From positions 114,182-138,181 of the forward strand of contig NZ_PUDR01000001.1 of assembly GCF_003012935.1 (NCBI RefSeq): a DNA stretch of 24,000 nucleotides, in the 5' to 3' direction. Positions 1 through 7,666 of the stretch are shown here, piece by piece; position 1 is the stretch's first letter, and each line of letters starts with the position of its first letter. A program made the position numbers and the translations under genes. This DNA comes from Pannonibacter carbonis. Lineage in GTDB: Bacteria > Pseudomonadota > Alphaproteobacteria > Rhizobiales > Stappiaceae. The notes beneath the pieces are model-generated. The model ran no database searches and was not told where the DNA came from. It worked only from the letters and a program-made list of their open reading frames with translations.

Positions 1-94
1 TCCCTTCCGGAGCATGATGTGACTGCCACCATTCTCAAGGGCTTTGTCGATGCCAGCCGCGCCGAGGGCCATTTCCTGCAGACCAGCGCCCGGC

Positions 95-1435
95 TTACCT
101 GAGCACGCCGGGCAGCCACAGGGTGATCTGCGGGAAGATGACCACGAACAGCAGCGCTGCGACCTGGATCACGACGAAGGGGATGACGCCACGATAGATC
201 ATGCCGATGGTCACGCCCTTCGGCGCGATCCCGCGCAGGTAGAACAGGGCATAGCCGAAAGGCGGCGTCAGGAACGAGGTCTGCAGGTTTACCGCCAGGG
301 CAATGGCGAACCAGATCATCATCTGCTCTTTCGGCAGGCCGAAATCGAGGCCCATGACGACCGGCGCGACAATCGGCACCACGACCAGCGTGATTTCCAC
401 CCAGTCGAGGAAGAACCCGAGCAGGAACACCAGCGCCATGATCACGAACAGCACCACGTAGGGGCTGGTGCCGAGACTGGAGAACATGTCAAGGATCAGC
501 GTGTCGCCGCCGAGCTTCCGGAACACCACGCTGAAAACCGTCGCGCCCATCATCACGAAGATGATCATGGCCGTGGTTTTCGTCGTATCGAGCAGAGCTG
601 AACGCAAAACCCCGAGACTGAGACCGCCGGAGGTGATCGCAAGAATCGTGGCGCCAACCGCACCGATGGCCGCTGATTCCGTTGGCGTCGCAATTCCCGC
701 AACGATCGTGCCGAGAACAGCGATGATGAGCAGCGCGGGTGCGAGCAGATCCTTGGCCAGCGTACCGAAGGCCTGCCAGAATGGTTGCGCCTCGCCGGTC
801 TCGGCCGCCGGCATGCGGTGCGGCTGGAAGATCGCGACCCCCACAAGATAGAGAACATAGAGCAGGCCGAGCAGCAGGCCGGGACCGACCGCGCCCATGA
901 AGAGTTCGCCCACCGAGACACGCAACTGGTCACCCAGCACGATCAGCATGATGCTCGGCGGCACCAGGATCCCCAGTGTACCGCTGGCCGCAATCAGGCC
1001 GCAGGAGAGCTTCGGATCATAGCGGTTGGCCAGCATGGTTGGCAGCGCCATCATGCCCATCAGCACCACCGACGCTCCGATGATGCCCGTGGAGGCCGCC
1101 ATGACAATGCCAATGATAGCAACGGCAAAGGCATAGCCGCCCGGCACGCCGCGGAACACGCCGGCCAGCGATTTCAGCAGCCGCTCGGCAACGCCGGAAC
1201 GCTCCAGCATCAGCCCCATGAAGACGAAGAGCGGGATCGCGATCAGCAGCCAGTTGGTCAGGATACCGGAGTAGATCCGCGAGACCGAGGTGGACAGAAA
1301 CAAAAAGGGGACGTTCGCAGCCACTGCAAACAGGATCCCGATCCCGGCCAGGACGAAGGCAACCGGATAGCCGACGAAGATGCCGGCCACGAGACCGGCC
1401 AGCATGAACAGCGGCCAGATCACTTCGGAGGTCAT
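95..1435 (-). CDS. dctM: TRAP transporter large permease subunit (DctM family)
   Basis: 446-aa polytopic hydrophobic protein with a typical DctM N-terminus (MTSEVIWPLFMLAGLVAGIFVGYPVAFVLAG...). Its ATG overlaps the dctQ stop as ATGA (1432-1435). Stop is TAA at 95-97. Confidence 0.92.
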   Translation of the reverse strand: MTSEVIWPLFMLAGLVAGIFVGYPVAFVLAGIGILFAVAANVPFLFLSTSVSRIYSGILTNWLLIAIPLFVFMGLMLERSGVAERLLKSLAGVFRGVPGGYAFAVAIIGIVMAASTGIIGASVVLMGMMALPTMLANRYDPKLSCGLIAASGTLGILVPPSIMLIVLGDQLRVSVGELFMGAVGPGLLLGLLYVLYLVGVAIFQPHRMPAAETGEAQPFWQAFGTLAKDLLAPALLIIAVLGTIVAGIATPTESAAIGAVGATILAITSGGLSLGVLRSALLDTTKTTAMIIFVMMGATVFSVVFRKLGGDTLILDMFSSLGTSPYVVLFVIMALVFLLGFFLDWVEITLVVVPIVAPVVMGLDFGLPKEQMMIWFAIALAVNLQTSFLTPPFGYALFYLRGIAPKGVTIGMIYRGVIPFVVIQVAALLFVVIFPQITLWLPGVLR

Positions 1436-1998
1436 TCCATCTCTCCTGATTGCGTCCGGCGACGCAAGAGCGCCCCGAGTGTGGCAACGATACGCGCCAG
1501 GGCCGCCAGCCCAAGCAGGAGGAAAGCCAGCGGTATGCAGGCCTTGACGATCCAGTAGTCGCGCAGGCCGCCGTAAGTCGAGGCTTCACCGGTGTTGAAC
1601 GAGGTCATCGCGAACCTCGTACCGAACCACACCACCACGGCGCAGAACGGCAACAGGAACAGAATGTCTCCGACAAGATCGACCCACGCCCGCGTCCGGC
1701 TGGAAAAGCGCGCTGACAGAAAGTCGACATTCACATGCACCCGGTCCTTGTAGGCCAGAACGCCGCCGAAGAGCACGATCAGGGCAAAGGCGGACCATTG
1801 CAGGTCCAGCAGGGTATTCGACGTGATGCCCGTCCCAAGGAGCGGCACTGTCGTCTGCCATTCCGCCAGCCGGTTCAGCCCGAGCTGGGCGGCGATCACC
1901 CCAAGACAGACAAAGAGAATTAGCGGCAGCAAAAGCCAGCCGATGACGCGTCCCGGCCAGACGGCAACGGCGGTCATGGCCTGCAAAAGGCGTGACAT
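1432..1998 (-). CDS. dctQ: TRAP transporter small permease subunit (DctQ family)
   Basis: 188-aa, about 4-TM protein lying between the dctP and dctM homologues. ATG at 1996-1998. Translationally coupled to dctM. Confidence 0.85.
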   Translation of the reverse strand: MSRLLQAMTAVAVWPGRVIGWLLLPLILFVCLGVIAAQLGLNRLAEWQTTVPLLGTGITSNTLLDLQWSAFALIVLFGGVLAYKDRVHVNVDFLSARFSSRTRAWVDLVGDILFLLPFCAVVVWFGTRFAMTSFNTGEASTYGGLRDYWIVKACIPLAFLLLGLAALARIVATLGALLRRRTQSGEME

Positions 1999-2024
1999 GG
2001 CAAGGATCCCCGCAGGAGAGGAAA

Positions 2025-2045
2025 GGCGGCACCATCGGTGCCGCC
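2025..2045 (-). other. Intercistronic stem-loop between dctP and dctQ (possible partial terminator or mRNA stabiliser)
   Basis: ggcggcacc (2025-2033) and ggtgccgcc (2037-2045) form a perfect 9-bp GC-rich stem with a 3-nt loop. On the minus strand it is followed by UUUCCUCUCC. It sits 22 nt after the dctP stop. Confidence 0.5.
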
Positions 2046-2066
2046 CGGCTTATTGACCGGCCAATC

Positions 2067-3098
2067 CTAGCGCGGAAGAGCCTGCAGGTCATTCCACTCG
2101 CCGACACGGGCGATATAGGCGGTCAGGGAATCGTGCGCTTCCTTGAAGATCGGATCCTTCGCCGCCTCTTCTGTCAGCACCTCGTTGGCTGCGGCCTTCA
2201 GATCGACAAGCACCTGATCCGGGAAGCGCTTCACCGTCACGCCAGCCTCACGGATGGTGGCAATGGCGTCGGCCTGGGCATGGATCTGGTTGCCGAGGTT
2301 GTAGGCGATGTTCGCCTTGCAGGCCTCGATCATGATCTTCTGCTGATCGCCGGTGAACCCGTTCCAGACATCCTTGTTGATGATGATGGAGTCCCAGCTC
2401 GACGGCTGGTGCCAGCCCGGGAAGTAATAGGTTTTGGTCACCTTCTGGAAGCCGAGGCCCACATCCAGCTGCGGCGCGGAAAATTCGGTCGCGTCGATGC
2501 GGCCGGTTTCCAGCGACACGTAGATCTCGCCGACGGGCACCAGCTGGGTGTTTGCGCCGAGCTTTGCCAGCGTCTTGCCGCCGAGGCCGGCGATGCGCAT
2601 GTTGAGGCCCTTGAAGTCCTCGACCGAGTTGATTTCCTTGTTGAACCAGCCGCCGGCCTCGCCCACCACCAGGTGGCAGGGGATGATCTGCACACCATGG
2701 GGGTCATAGGCCTTCTGGATGATCTGCAGACCGCCGCCCTCGAACATCCAGCCAAGCGAGACGTCCGGGCTCGGACCAAACGGCATGGAGCCGACAAGGT
2801 TTGCGACCGGGATGGTGCTGGCCCAATAGCCGATCCAGTCGAAGCCCATCGGAATGGCGCCGGAGCTGACCGCACCGAACACCTCGAAGGGCGGCACGAA
2901 GTCGCCGGCACCATGCACCTTGATGTCGATCTCGCCATTGGTCATCAGCTTGACGCGCTCGGCCCACAGCTGCGGGCTCGGCCCGATCGACGGCACGTTG
3001 AGGCCGAACACGCTCTGGAGATCGAAACTCGCTGCCTGAGCCACTCCGGTGGTCAGGGCAACGCCAGCCATCAGGGCTGCTGCAAATACTGATTTCAT
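2067..3098 (-). CDS. dctP: TRAP transporter substrate-binding protein (DctP family)
   Basis: The ORF 2067-3140 is trimmed to the ATG at 3098, which is preceded by GGAGGAGGA. The product then starts with a signal peptide, MKSVFAAALMAGVALTTGVAQA. The rest resembles periplasmic DctP-type binding proteins. Confidence 0.88.
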   Translation of the reverse strand: MKSVFAAALMAGVALTTGVAQAASFDLQSVFGLNVPSIGPSPQLWAERVKLMTNGEIDIKVHGAGDFVPPFEVFGAVSSGAIPMGFDWIGYWASTIPVANLVGSMPFGPSPDVSLGWMFEGGGLQIIQKAYDPHGVQIIPCHLVVGEAGGWFNKEINSVEDFKGLNMRIAGLGGKTLAKLGANTQLVPVGEIYVSLETGRIDATEFSAPQLDVGLGFQKVTKTYYFPGWHQPSSWDSIIINKDVWNGFTGDQQKIMIEACKANIAYNLGNQIHAQADAIATIREAGVTVKRFPDQVLVDLKAAANEVLTEEAAKDPIFKEAHDSLTAYIARVGEWNDLQALPR

Positions 3099-3176
3099 TT
3101 CTGTCCTCCTCCCAAACTGGAACCGTCGTTGCGGCTCCATCTCTGTCCCGGGCGCGCCGACAACGCACGACCGATC

Positions 3177-3204
3177 ATTAGATATTTTCTAATAGATTTG
3201 TCAT
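3177..3204 (-). promoter_or_regulatory. Candidate sigma70-type promoter of the TRAP operon with an overlapping palindromic operator
   Basis: Minus-strand reading: -35 ATGACA (3199-3204), 16-nt spacer, -10 TCTAAT (3177-3182). The perfect palindrome ATTAGA-tattt-TCTAAT (3177-3193) covers the -10 and spacer. It lies in an AT-rich island about 80-105 bp upstream of the dctP ATG. Confidence 0.45.
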
Positions 3205-3224
3205 AGATGAATCACGACCAGCTT

Positions 3225-4196
3225 TCAATGTCCCTTTCCGGGCTTTGCCCACCAGCCGTTCTTCAAGAGATCGAGCGACACAACCAGACCTATACTTGCC
3301 AGGGCAATGCCACTCCATTGTGTGACGGATGGCCAGTTTCCAGTCAGCGGAATAGCCAGAAGCACGGCAAGTGGCGGCACAAGTGCGGGAAAAATGGCCG
3401 ATCGCCCTGCCCCGAGCAGGGCGACGGAGCGCGTGTAGGCGAGGATTGCCAGGCAGCCCCCAAGAACACCCTGGAACACGCCCTGCCAAAGCCAGGCGGA
3501 TACGGGCGGGGTCTCCTCCGCCAGCAACAGCCAGAACGGCAGCAGCACGATCAGTGCGGAAACGATCGTCACCACACCCGTGGCGCGCACCGGATCAAGC
3601 TGCCAGCGGGCCGACAGATAGGTAAAGATCCCCCATAACATCCCCGAGCCGATGAAACACAGATCTCCAAGCCAGACCTCGACGCCAGGAGTCTTTGAGG
3701 TCGGTTGTTCCAGTGCCATGGCAACCAGACCTCCTGACACCAGCAACAAGCCAAGCAACCGCGCCATCGGCATCGGGCGCCGATCAAGGATCACCGACAG
3801 GGCATTGGCTGTCAGCATTGTCATGCCGGGACCAATGACCACGGCGTGCGCCAGCGGCGCAATGCCATATCCGGTGTTGATCAGGAGGGTGAAGGGCGGG
3901 CCGATGCAGATCGTCAGCACGGCCAGCTTGACCAGCGGCAAACGACCCGTTGCTTCCGCCGCACCGCCGGCAAGCCGCCCGTGCCCGAACATCAGCAACG
4001 GCAAAAACAGACCTGAAGCCACGACAAAGCGAAGCGTCATCAGATCCAGGCTGGAGAACCCCCAGCTGCGGCCAAGATCCGTCCCCGTATTGTAGAATGC
4101 CCAGAAAACGGACGCGGCCAGACCAAACCCCGCTCCGGCGAGAACGGCACCGGCTTCAGGACCAGATGCCTTGCCAATGCCGCTCGCCACCGTCAC
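3225..4196 (-). CDS. EamA/DMT-family permease
   Basis: 323-aa protein with about 10 hydrophobic segments in two EamA-like halves. Its GTG start overlaps the upstream flavoprotein stop as GTGA (4193-4196). Confidence 0.8.
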   Translation of the reverse strand: MTVASGIGKASGPEAGAVLAGAGFGLAASVFWAFYNTGTDLGRSWGFSSLDLMTLRFVVASGLFLPLLMFGHGRLAGGAAEATGRLPLVKLAVLTICIGPPFTLLINTGYGIAPLAHAVVIGPGMTMLTANALSVILDRRPMPMARLLGLLLVSGGLVAMALEQPTSKTPGVEVWLGDLCFIGSGMLWGIFTYLSARWQLDPVRATGVVTIVSALIVLLPFWLLLAEETPPVSAWLWQGVFQGVLGGCLAILAYTRSVALLGAGRSAIFPALVPPLAVLLAIPLTGNWPSVTQWSGIALASIGLVVSLDLLKNGWWAKPGKGH

Positions 4197-5899
4197 GAGT
4201 TGGCCCCCGACATGTGCCGCGCAGCGATGTAGCCGAAGGTAATTGCCGGTCCAAGCGTGATACCGCCGCCCGGATAATTGCCGCCCATGATGCTGGCCGC
4301 GTCGTTACCGGCGGCATAGAGCCCGGCGATCGGCCGCCGCTCTTCGTCCAGCACCCGCGCGTTCTCGTCCGTCCTCAGTCCGGCGAAAGTGCCGAGGTCG
4401 CCGATCACCAGCTTGACCGCATAGAACGGTCCCTTGGCGACCGGCGCAACGCAAGGGTTGGGACCATGTTCCGGATCGCCGAGCGATCTGTTGTAGGCGG
4501 TCGACCCCTTGTTGAAGGCCGGATCGCAACCATGCACAGCATGCTTGTTGAACTCCTGCACCGTTTCCTCCAGCTGCGCCGGATTGGCACCGATCTGCGC
4601 CGCCAGCTCGCTGAGGGTCTTGCCGCAGAAGAGATAGCCGGACTTGATGTGCTGCTTGAAGGGCACGGGCGAGGGCTTGGCGTAACCGAGGCCATACTTG
4701 CGGAAAGTGCGGTGGTCCGCGATGAAATAGGCGCAGATCTCGCCGCCCTCTTCCCGGCAGCGGTCATACATCGCCTGGCAGAAGTCGTGGTAGCTGTCGG
4801 CCTCGTTGACAAAGCGCCGGCCCGAACGGGTCACCGCAATGATGCCCGGCTTCGAGCGGTCGACGAAATGCGGGAACACGCCCAGCGTGCCATCTGGCTT
4901 CGGCGGACGCGACACCGGCACCCAGGCCGCCGGATGCGGCAGGCTGTCATCGATGCTGGCCCCGACCGCCTCTCCCAGCCGCAGGCCATCCCCGGTGTTG
5001 CCCGGAGGGGCCGGCGAGACATGCTCGTTGCCGGTTGGCGCGTGACGGAACAGCGCCTTGCGCCGGGTCACGTCCTGCGGGAAGCCGCCACAGGCGAGCA
5101 CCACGCCCCGGCTTGCCTGCACGGTCACCTCGCCGGTCTCGGTCTCGACTACGGCCCCCGTCACACGGCCGCTGTCATCATGCGTGAGGCGCTTGACGCC
5201 CGCGCGCGTCCAGATCGGCACGCCCTTGTCGAAGCAGGACTTCGCCAGCCGCGCGACCAGCGCATTGCCGTTCATCAGCCGCATGGCACGGCCATGGAAC
5301 AGCTTGTCGCGCAGGAACTTCGCGAACAGCTTGCTGACAAAGAAGGCCGAAACCGGCGACCGGGTCACGTTGAAGAAGTGCAGCAGTTCCTTGCCCGAAC
5401 CGATCATCATGCCGAGAAAGGTGATCTCCGCCAGCGGCGGGCGCAGGCGACGGATCTCGGGACCCAGTTCGCGTCCGTCGAAGGGCCGCGCCACAATCGA
5501 CCGCCCGCCCGGCATGCCGCCAGGCGCATCGGGATGATAGTCCGCGAAGGTCGGCCCCAGATCGAACTTCAGCTCGGTGTTCTGCTCGAAAAACTCGACC
5601 GCCTTGGGCCCGTAGTCCAGGAAGGCGTCGATGCGCGCGGCGTCGAAATGCTTGCCGGTCTCATGCTGCAGATAGGTGCGCGCCCGCGCTGCGCTGTCCT
5701 CGACCCCAGCACGCCGGGCGGGTCCATTGCCCGGGATCCACATCCAGCCACCGGAGCGGGCCGAAGTCCCACCGAAGACCGGCTCCTTCTCGACCACGAG
5801 AACCTTCAGGTTGCGATGGGCGGCAGCTACTGCGGCCGACAGGCCGCCGGCGCCCGAGCCCACCACGAGCACATCACAGACATAGGTGGTGTCTTGCAT
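4193..5899 (-). CDS. FAD-dependent oxidoreductase, 3-ketosteroid-dehydrogenase/fumarate-reductase-flavoprotein-like
   Basis: The ORF 4193-6079 is trimmed to the ATG at 5899, preceded by CAGGAAGA. The N-terminus is then MQDTTYVCDVLVVGSGAGGLSAAVAAA...VVEKEPVFGGTSARSGG (dinucleotide-binding GxGxxG). The C-terminal GLYAAGNDA...GGGITLG motif is typical of this flavoprotein family. Confidence 0.85.
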   Translation of the reverse strand: MQDTTYVCDVLVVGSGAGGLSAAVAAAHRNLKVLVVEKEPVFGGTSARSGGWMWIPGNGPARRAGVEDSAARARTYLQHETGKHFDAARIDAFLDYGPKAVEFFEQNTELKFDLGPTFADYHPDAPGGMPGGRSIVARPFDGRELGPEIRRLRPPLAEITFLGMMIGSGKELLHFFNVTRSPVSAFFVSKLFAKFLRDKLFHGRAMRLMNGNALVARLAKSCFDKGVPIWTRAGVKRLTHDDSGRVTGAVVETETGEVTVQASRGVVLACGGFPQDVTRRKALFRHAPTGNEHVSPAPPGNTGDGLRLGEAVGASIDDSLPHPAAWVPVSRPPKPDGTLGVFPHFVDRSKPGIIAVTRSGRRFVNEADSYHDFCQAMYDRCREEGGEICAYFIADHRTFRKYGLGYAKPSPVPFKQHIKSGYLFCGKTLSELAAQIGANPAQLEETVQEFNKHAVHGCDPAFNKGSTAYNRSLGDPEHGPNPCVAPVAKGPFYAVKLVIGDLGTFAGLRTDENARVLDEERRPIAGLYAAGNDAASIMGGNYPGGGITLGPAITFGYIAARHMSGANS

Positions 5900-5933
5900 C
5901 TTGTCGTCTTCCTGTCCGGGCATTCTTGAAAGT

Positions 5934-6686
5934 TCAGGCGCAGAGATAGCCGCCGTCGACGGGCAGGACGGCACCGGTGACGTAGCTGGCGAGATCCGAG
6001 GCAAGGAACAGCACCGGACCGGCAAGTTCCTCGGGCTGCCCCACACGTCCCATCGGCGTATGCGCCATGAAGCGGTCAATGGCGGCCGGATTGGCCCGTG
6101 TCGCTTCGGTCATGGGCGTCGCGATCACACCCGGAGCGATGGCATTGACGCGTACGCCATGGGGCGCAAGATCATGCGCCATCGCCTTGGTGAACTGGGC
6201 AACGGCGCCCTTGCTGGCCGCATAGGCACCGAGCCCCGGTCCGGCCGAAAAGGCCATGATCGATGCCAGGTTGATGATGGATCCGCGCGTTTGCGTCAGG
6301 TCGGACAAAAACGCCCGCACCATGTTGCGTGCCCCGTCGACATTGACCCGGAAGACCTGATCCCAGGACTCCTCGAATCCGTCCTCGAACACGCTCTGGC
6401 GGCGAATGACGCCCGCGTTGTTGACCAGCACCGCGACTGGCCCAAGCCGGTTGCGGACATCGGCTGCAAACGCGGTCGCCCTTGCGGCATCCCCCACATC
6501 CACTGCAGCCGCATGAACGACCGCGCCACGCTTCTCCAGATCGGCAGCCACGTTCATCACAGCCATCTCGTTGATATCGCACAGGGCCAGAACAGCCCCG
6601 GCATTCGCGAGGCCTTCGGCAATAGACCTGCCATTGCCTTGCCCGGCGCCTGTGACAACACAGACACGCCCCTCGATCCCGCGCAT
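5934..6686 (-). CDS. SDR-family (short-chain dehydrogenase/reductase) oxidoreductase
   Basis: The ORF 5934-6728 is trimmed to the ATG at 6686, directly preceded by GGGAGG. It carries the cofactor motif VTGAGQGNG, NNAG, and the catalytic YAASK (YxxxK). Confidence 0.88.
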   Translation of the reverse strand: MRGIEGRVCVVTGAGQGNGRSIAEGLANAGAVLALCDINEMAVMNVAADLEKRGAVVHAAAVDVGDAARATAFAADVRNRLGPVAVLVNNAGVIRRQSVFEDGFEESWDQVFRVNVDGARNMVRAFLSDLTQTRGSIINLASIMAFSAGPGLGAYAASKGAVAQFTKAMAHDLAPHGVRVNAIAPGVIATPMTEATRANPAAIDRFMAHTPMGRVGQPEELAGPVLFLASDLASYVTGAVLPVDGGYLCA

Positions 6687-6712
6687 GTCGCCTCCCATTA
6701 AATTTATTATTG

Positions 6713-6747
6713 GCAAATAACTTTGCATATAACAAATTCATGTGCAA
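6713..6747 (-). promoter_or_regulatory. AT-rich promoter/operator candidate upstream of the SDR-flavoprotein-EamA operon
   Basis: Inverted repeats TTGCATAT (6723-6730)-N9-ATGTGCAA (6740-6747), matching 7 of 8, and GCAAA-taac-TTTGC (6713-6726). On the minus strand there is a possible -35 TTGTTA, 18-nt spacer and -10 AATAAT just upstream of the RBS. The nearest regulators are the two IclR genes. Confidence 0.35.
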
Positions 6748-6868
6748 GGCCGCCAGCGCGCGTGTCGGCAGCAAAATCGCATCCGGAGACAATACGCGCC
6801 GCCTGCCCTCGACAAAACGAGGGCACCGGGCGGGGCTGCGAAGGTAAAGGTTGAACCGAAGCGTGGCG

Positions 6869-7666
6869 TCAGACGCGCATTGGCGCCAGCGACTGGCCGG
6901 CAAAGCCGAGCCCTCGGGAAACGCGCAAGGCCGTTTCCTGCAGCAGCCGCAGATGCGGACTGTCGGCGGACGTATCAAGAGACTGGGCAGCACCGATCAA
7001 GGTGATTGCCATCTGTATCTGCCCGGCATGGTCCAGGACCGGAGAGGAGAGCGCATTGATGCCCGGCACCGGCGTGGGAAAAACAGTGGCAAAACCGGCC
7101 TGGCGGATTCCGGCCAGTTCTGCCGGCGACAGGTCCATCAGCCGCCCGACACGGCCACTGCCCGGCTTTTCCTCGCGCTCCCGGCGGATCGCCTGCGTGA
7201 CTAGGCTTTGCGGCAGATAGGCCGCAAAGATCCGCCCGCTGGCTGTTCCTGTCAGCGAATAGACAGTACCTGCGCGGGTGTTGATATGGACCTGATCCGG
7301 GCCTTCCAGCACCTGGATGACGGTTGCACCGAACCCGCCCCAGACAACGATCGCCACAGCCAGTTGGGTCTCCTCGGAGAGTTCCAGCGCAGCCGCCTGT
7401 CCCAGCCGGATCGGATCAACGCTGCGCATCCGCGTGATGCCGAAGTCCAGCGCCGCCGGTCCCAGCCGATAGCGCGCCGAACCCGGTTCCTGCTCGACAA
7501 GGCCGATAGCGCCAAGGCTGATGAGATAGGCATGCGCCTGCGCCGGCGACAGACTGGCAAGCCTTGCAAGGTCACGCAGCATCAATGGCTCGTCATGACC
7601 GGCCAGGATTTCCAGCAGCCCGGCTCCGACCTCAACCGAATTGACGCCCCGCCCCTTGTCCGTCAC
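6869..7666 (-). CDS. IclR-family transcriptional regulator (paralogue A)
   Basis: 265 aa. N-terminal wHTH (VNSVEVGAGLLEILAGHDEPLMLRDLARLASLSPAQAHAYLISLGAIGLVEQ) plus a C-terminal IclR effector domain. Its GTG start overlaps the stop of the upstream paralogue. Confidence 0.88.
   Translation of the reverse strand: MTDKGRGVNSVEVGAGLLEILAGHDEPLMLRDLARLASLSPAQAHAYLISLGAIGLVEQEPGSARYRLGPAALDFGITRMRSVDPIRLGQAAALELSEETQLAVAIVVWGGFGATVIQVLEGPDQVHINTRAGTVYSLTGTASGRIFAAYLPQSLVTQAIRREREEKPGSGRVGRLMDLSPAELAGIRQAGFATVFPTPVPGINALSSPVLDHAGQIQMAITLIGAAQSLDTSADSPHLRLLQETALRVSRGLGFAGQSLAPMRV

Noticed and set aside
1-102. Possible partial gene at the left edge. One reading is a plus-strand C-terminus (...ILKGFVDASRAEGHFLQTSARLT, stop at 100-102). 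The other is a minus-strand start (ATG at 70-72, MALGAAGIDKALENGG...).
   Set aside because: The two readings share the same codon register and have similar third-position GC (about 73 versus 71 percent by my count). The minus-strand ATG has its AGGA too close to be a good RBS. With only about 30 codons and no motif, the strand cannot be decided.
44-601. 185-aa His/Asp/Glu/Arg-rich ORF that superficially resembles a metal-binding or disordered protein
   Set aside because: It is the reverse-complement reading of the hydrophobic dctM membrane gene. Codons for Leu, Val, Ile and Phe read as charged residues on the opposite strand.
3177-3182. Shared ATTAG half-site start between the TRAP-promoter palindrome (ATTAGA) and the ROK-promoter palindrome (ATTAGT at 8550-8555), suggesting one regulator for both
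   Set aside because: Only 5 nt are shared, and the spacing and remaining half-site sequence differ. This is too little to distinguish from chance in AT-rich promoter DNA.
3950-5929. 659-aa ORF on the plus strand, the longest in the track
   Set aside because: It is entirely antisense to the well-supported FAD oxidoreductase gene. The product is Arg/Gly/Ala/Pro/His-rich with no recognisable motif. This is a typical shadow ORF of a high-GC gene.
6805-6824. Hairpin GCCCTCG-acaaaa-CGAGGGC downstream of IclR paralogue A, considered as its terminator
   Set aside because: The stem is only 7 bp and no U tract follows on the minus strand; the U-rich stretch is in the loop. It may still be structured RNA, but calling it a terminator is not supported.
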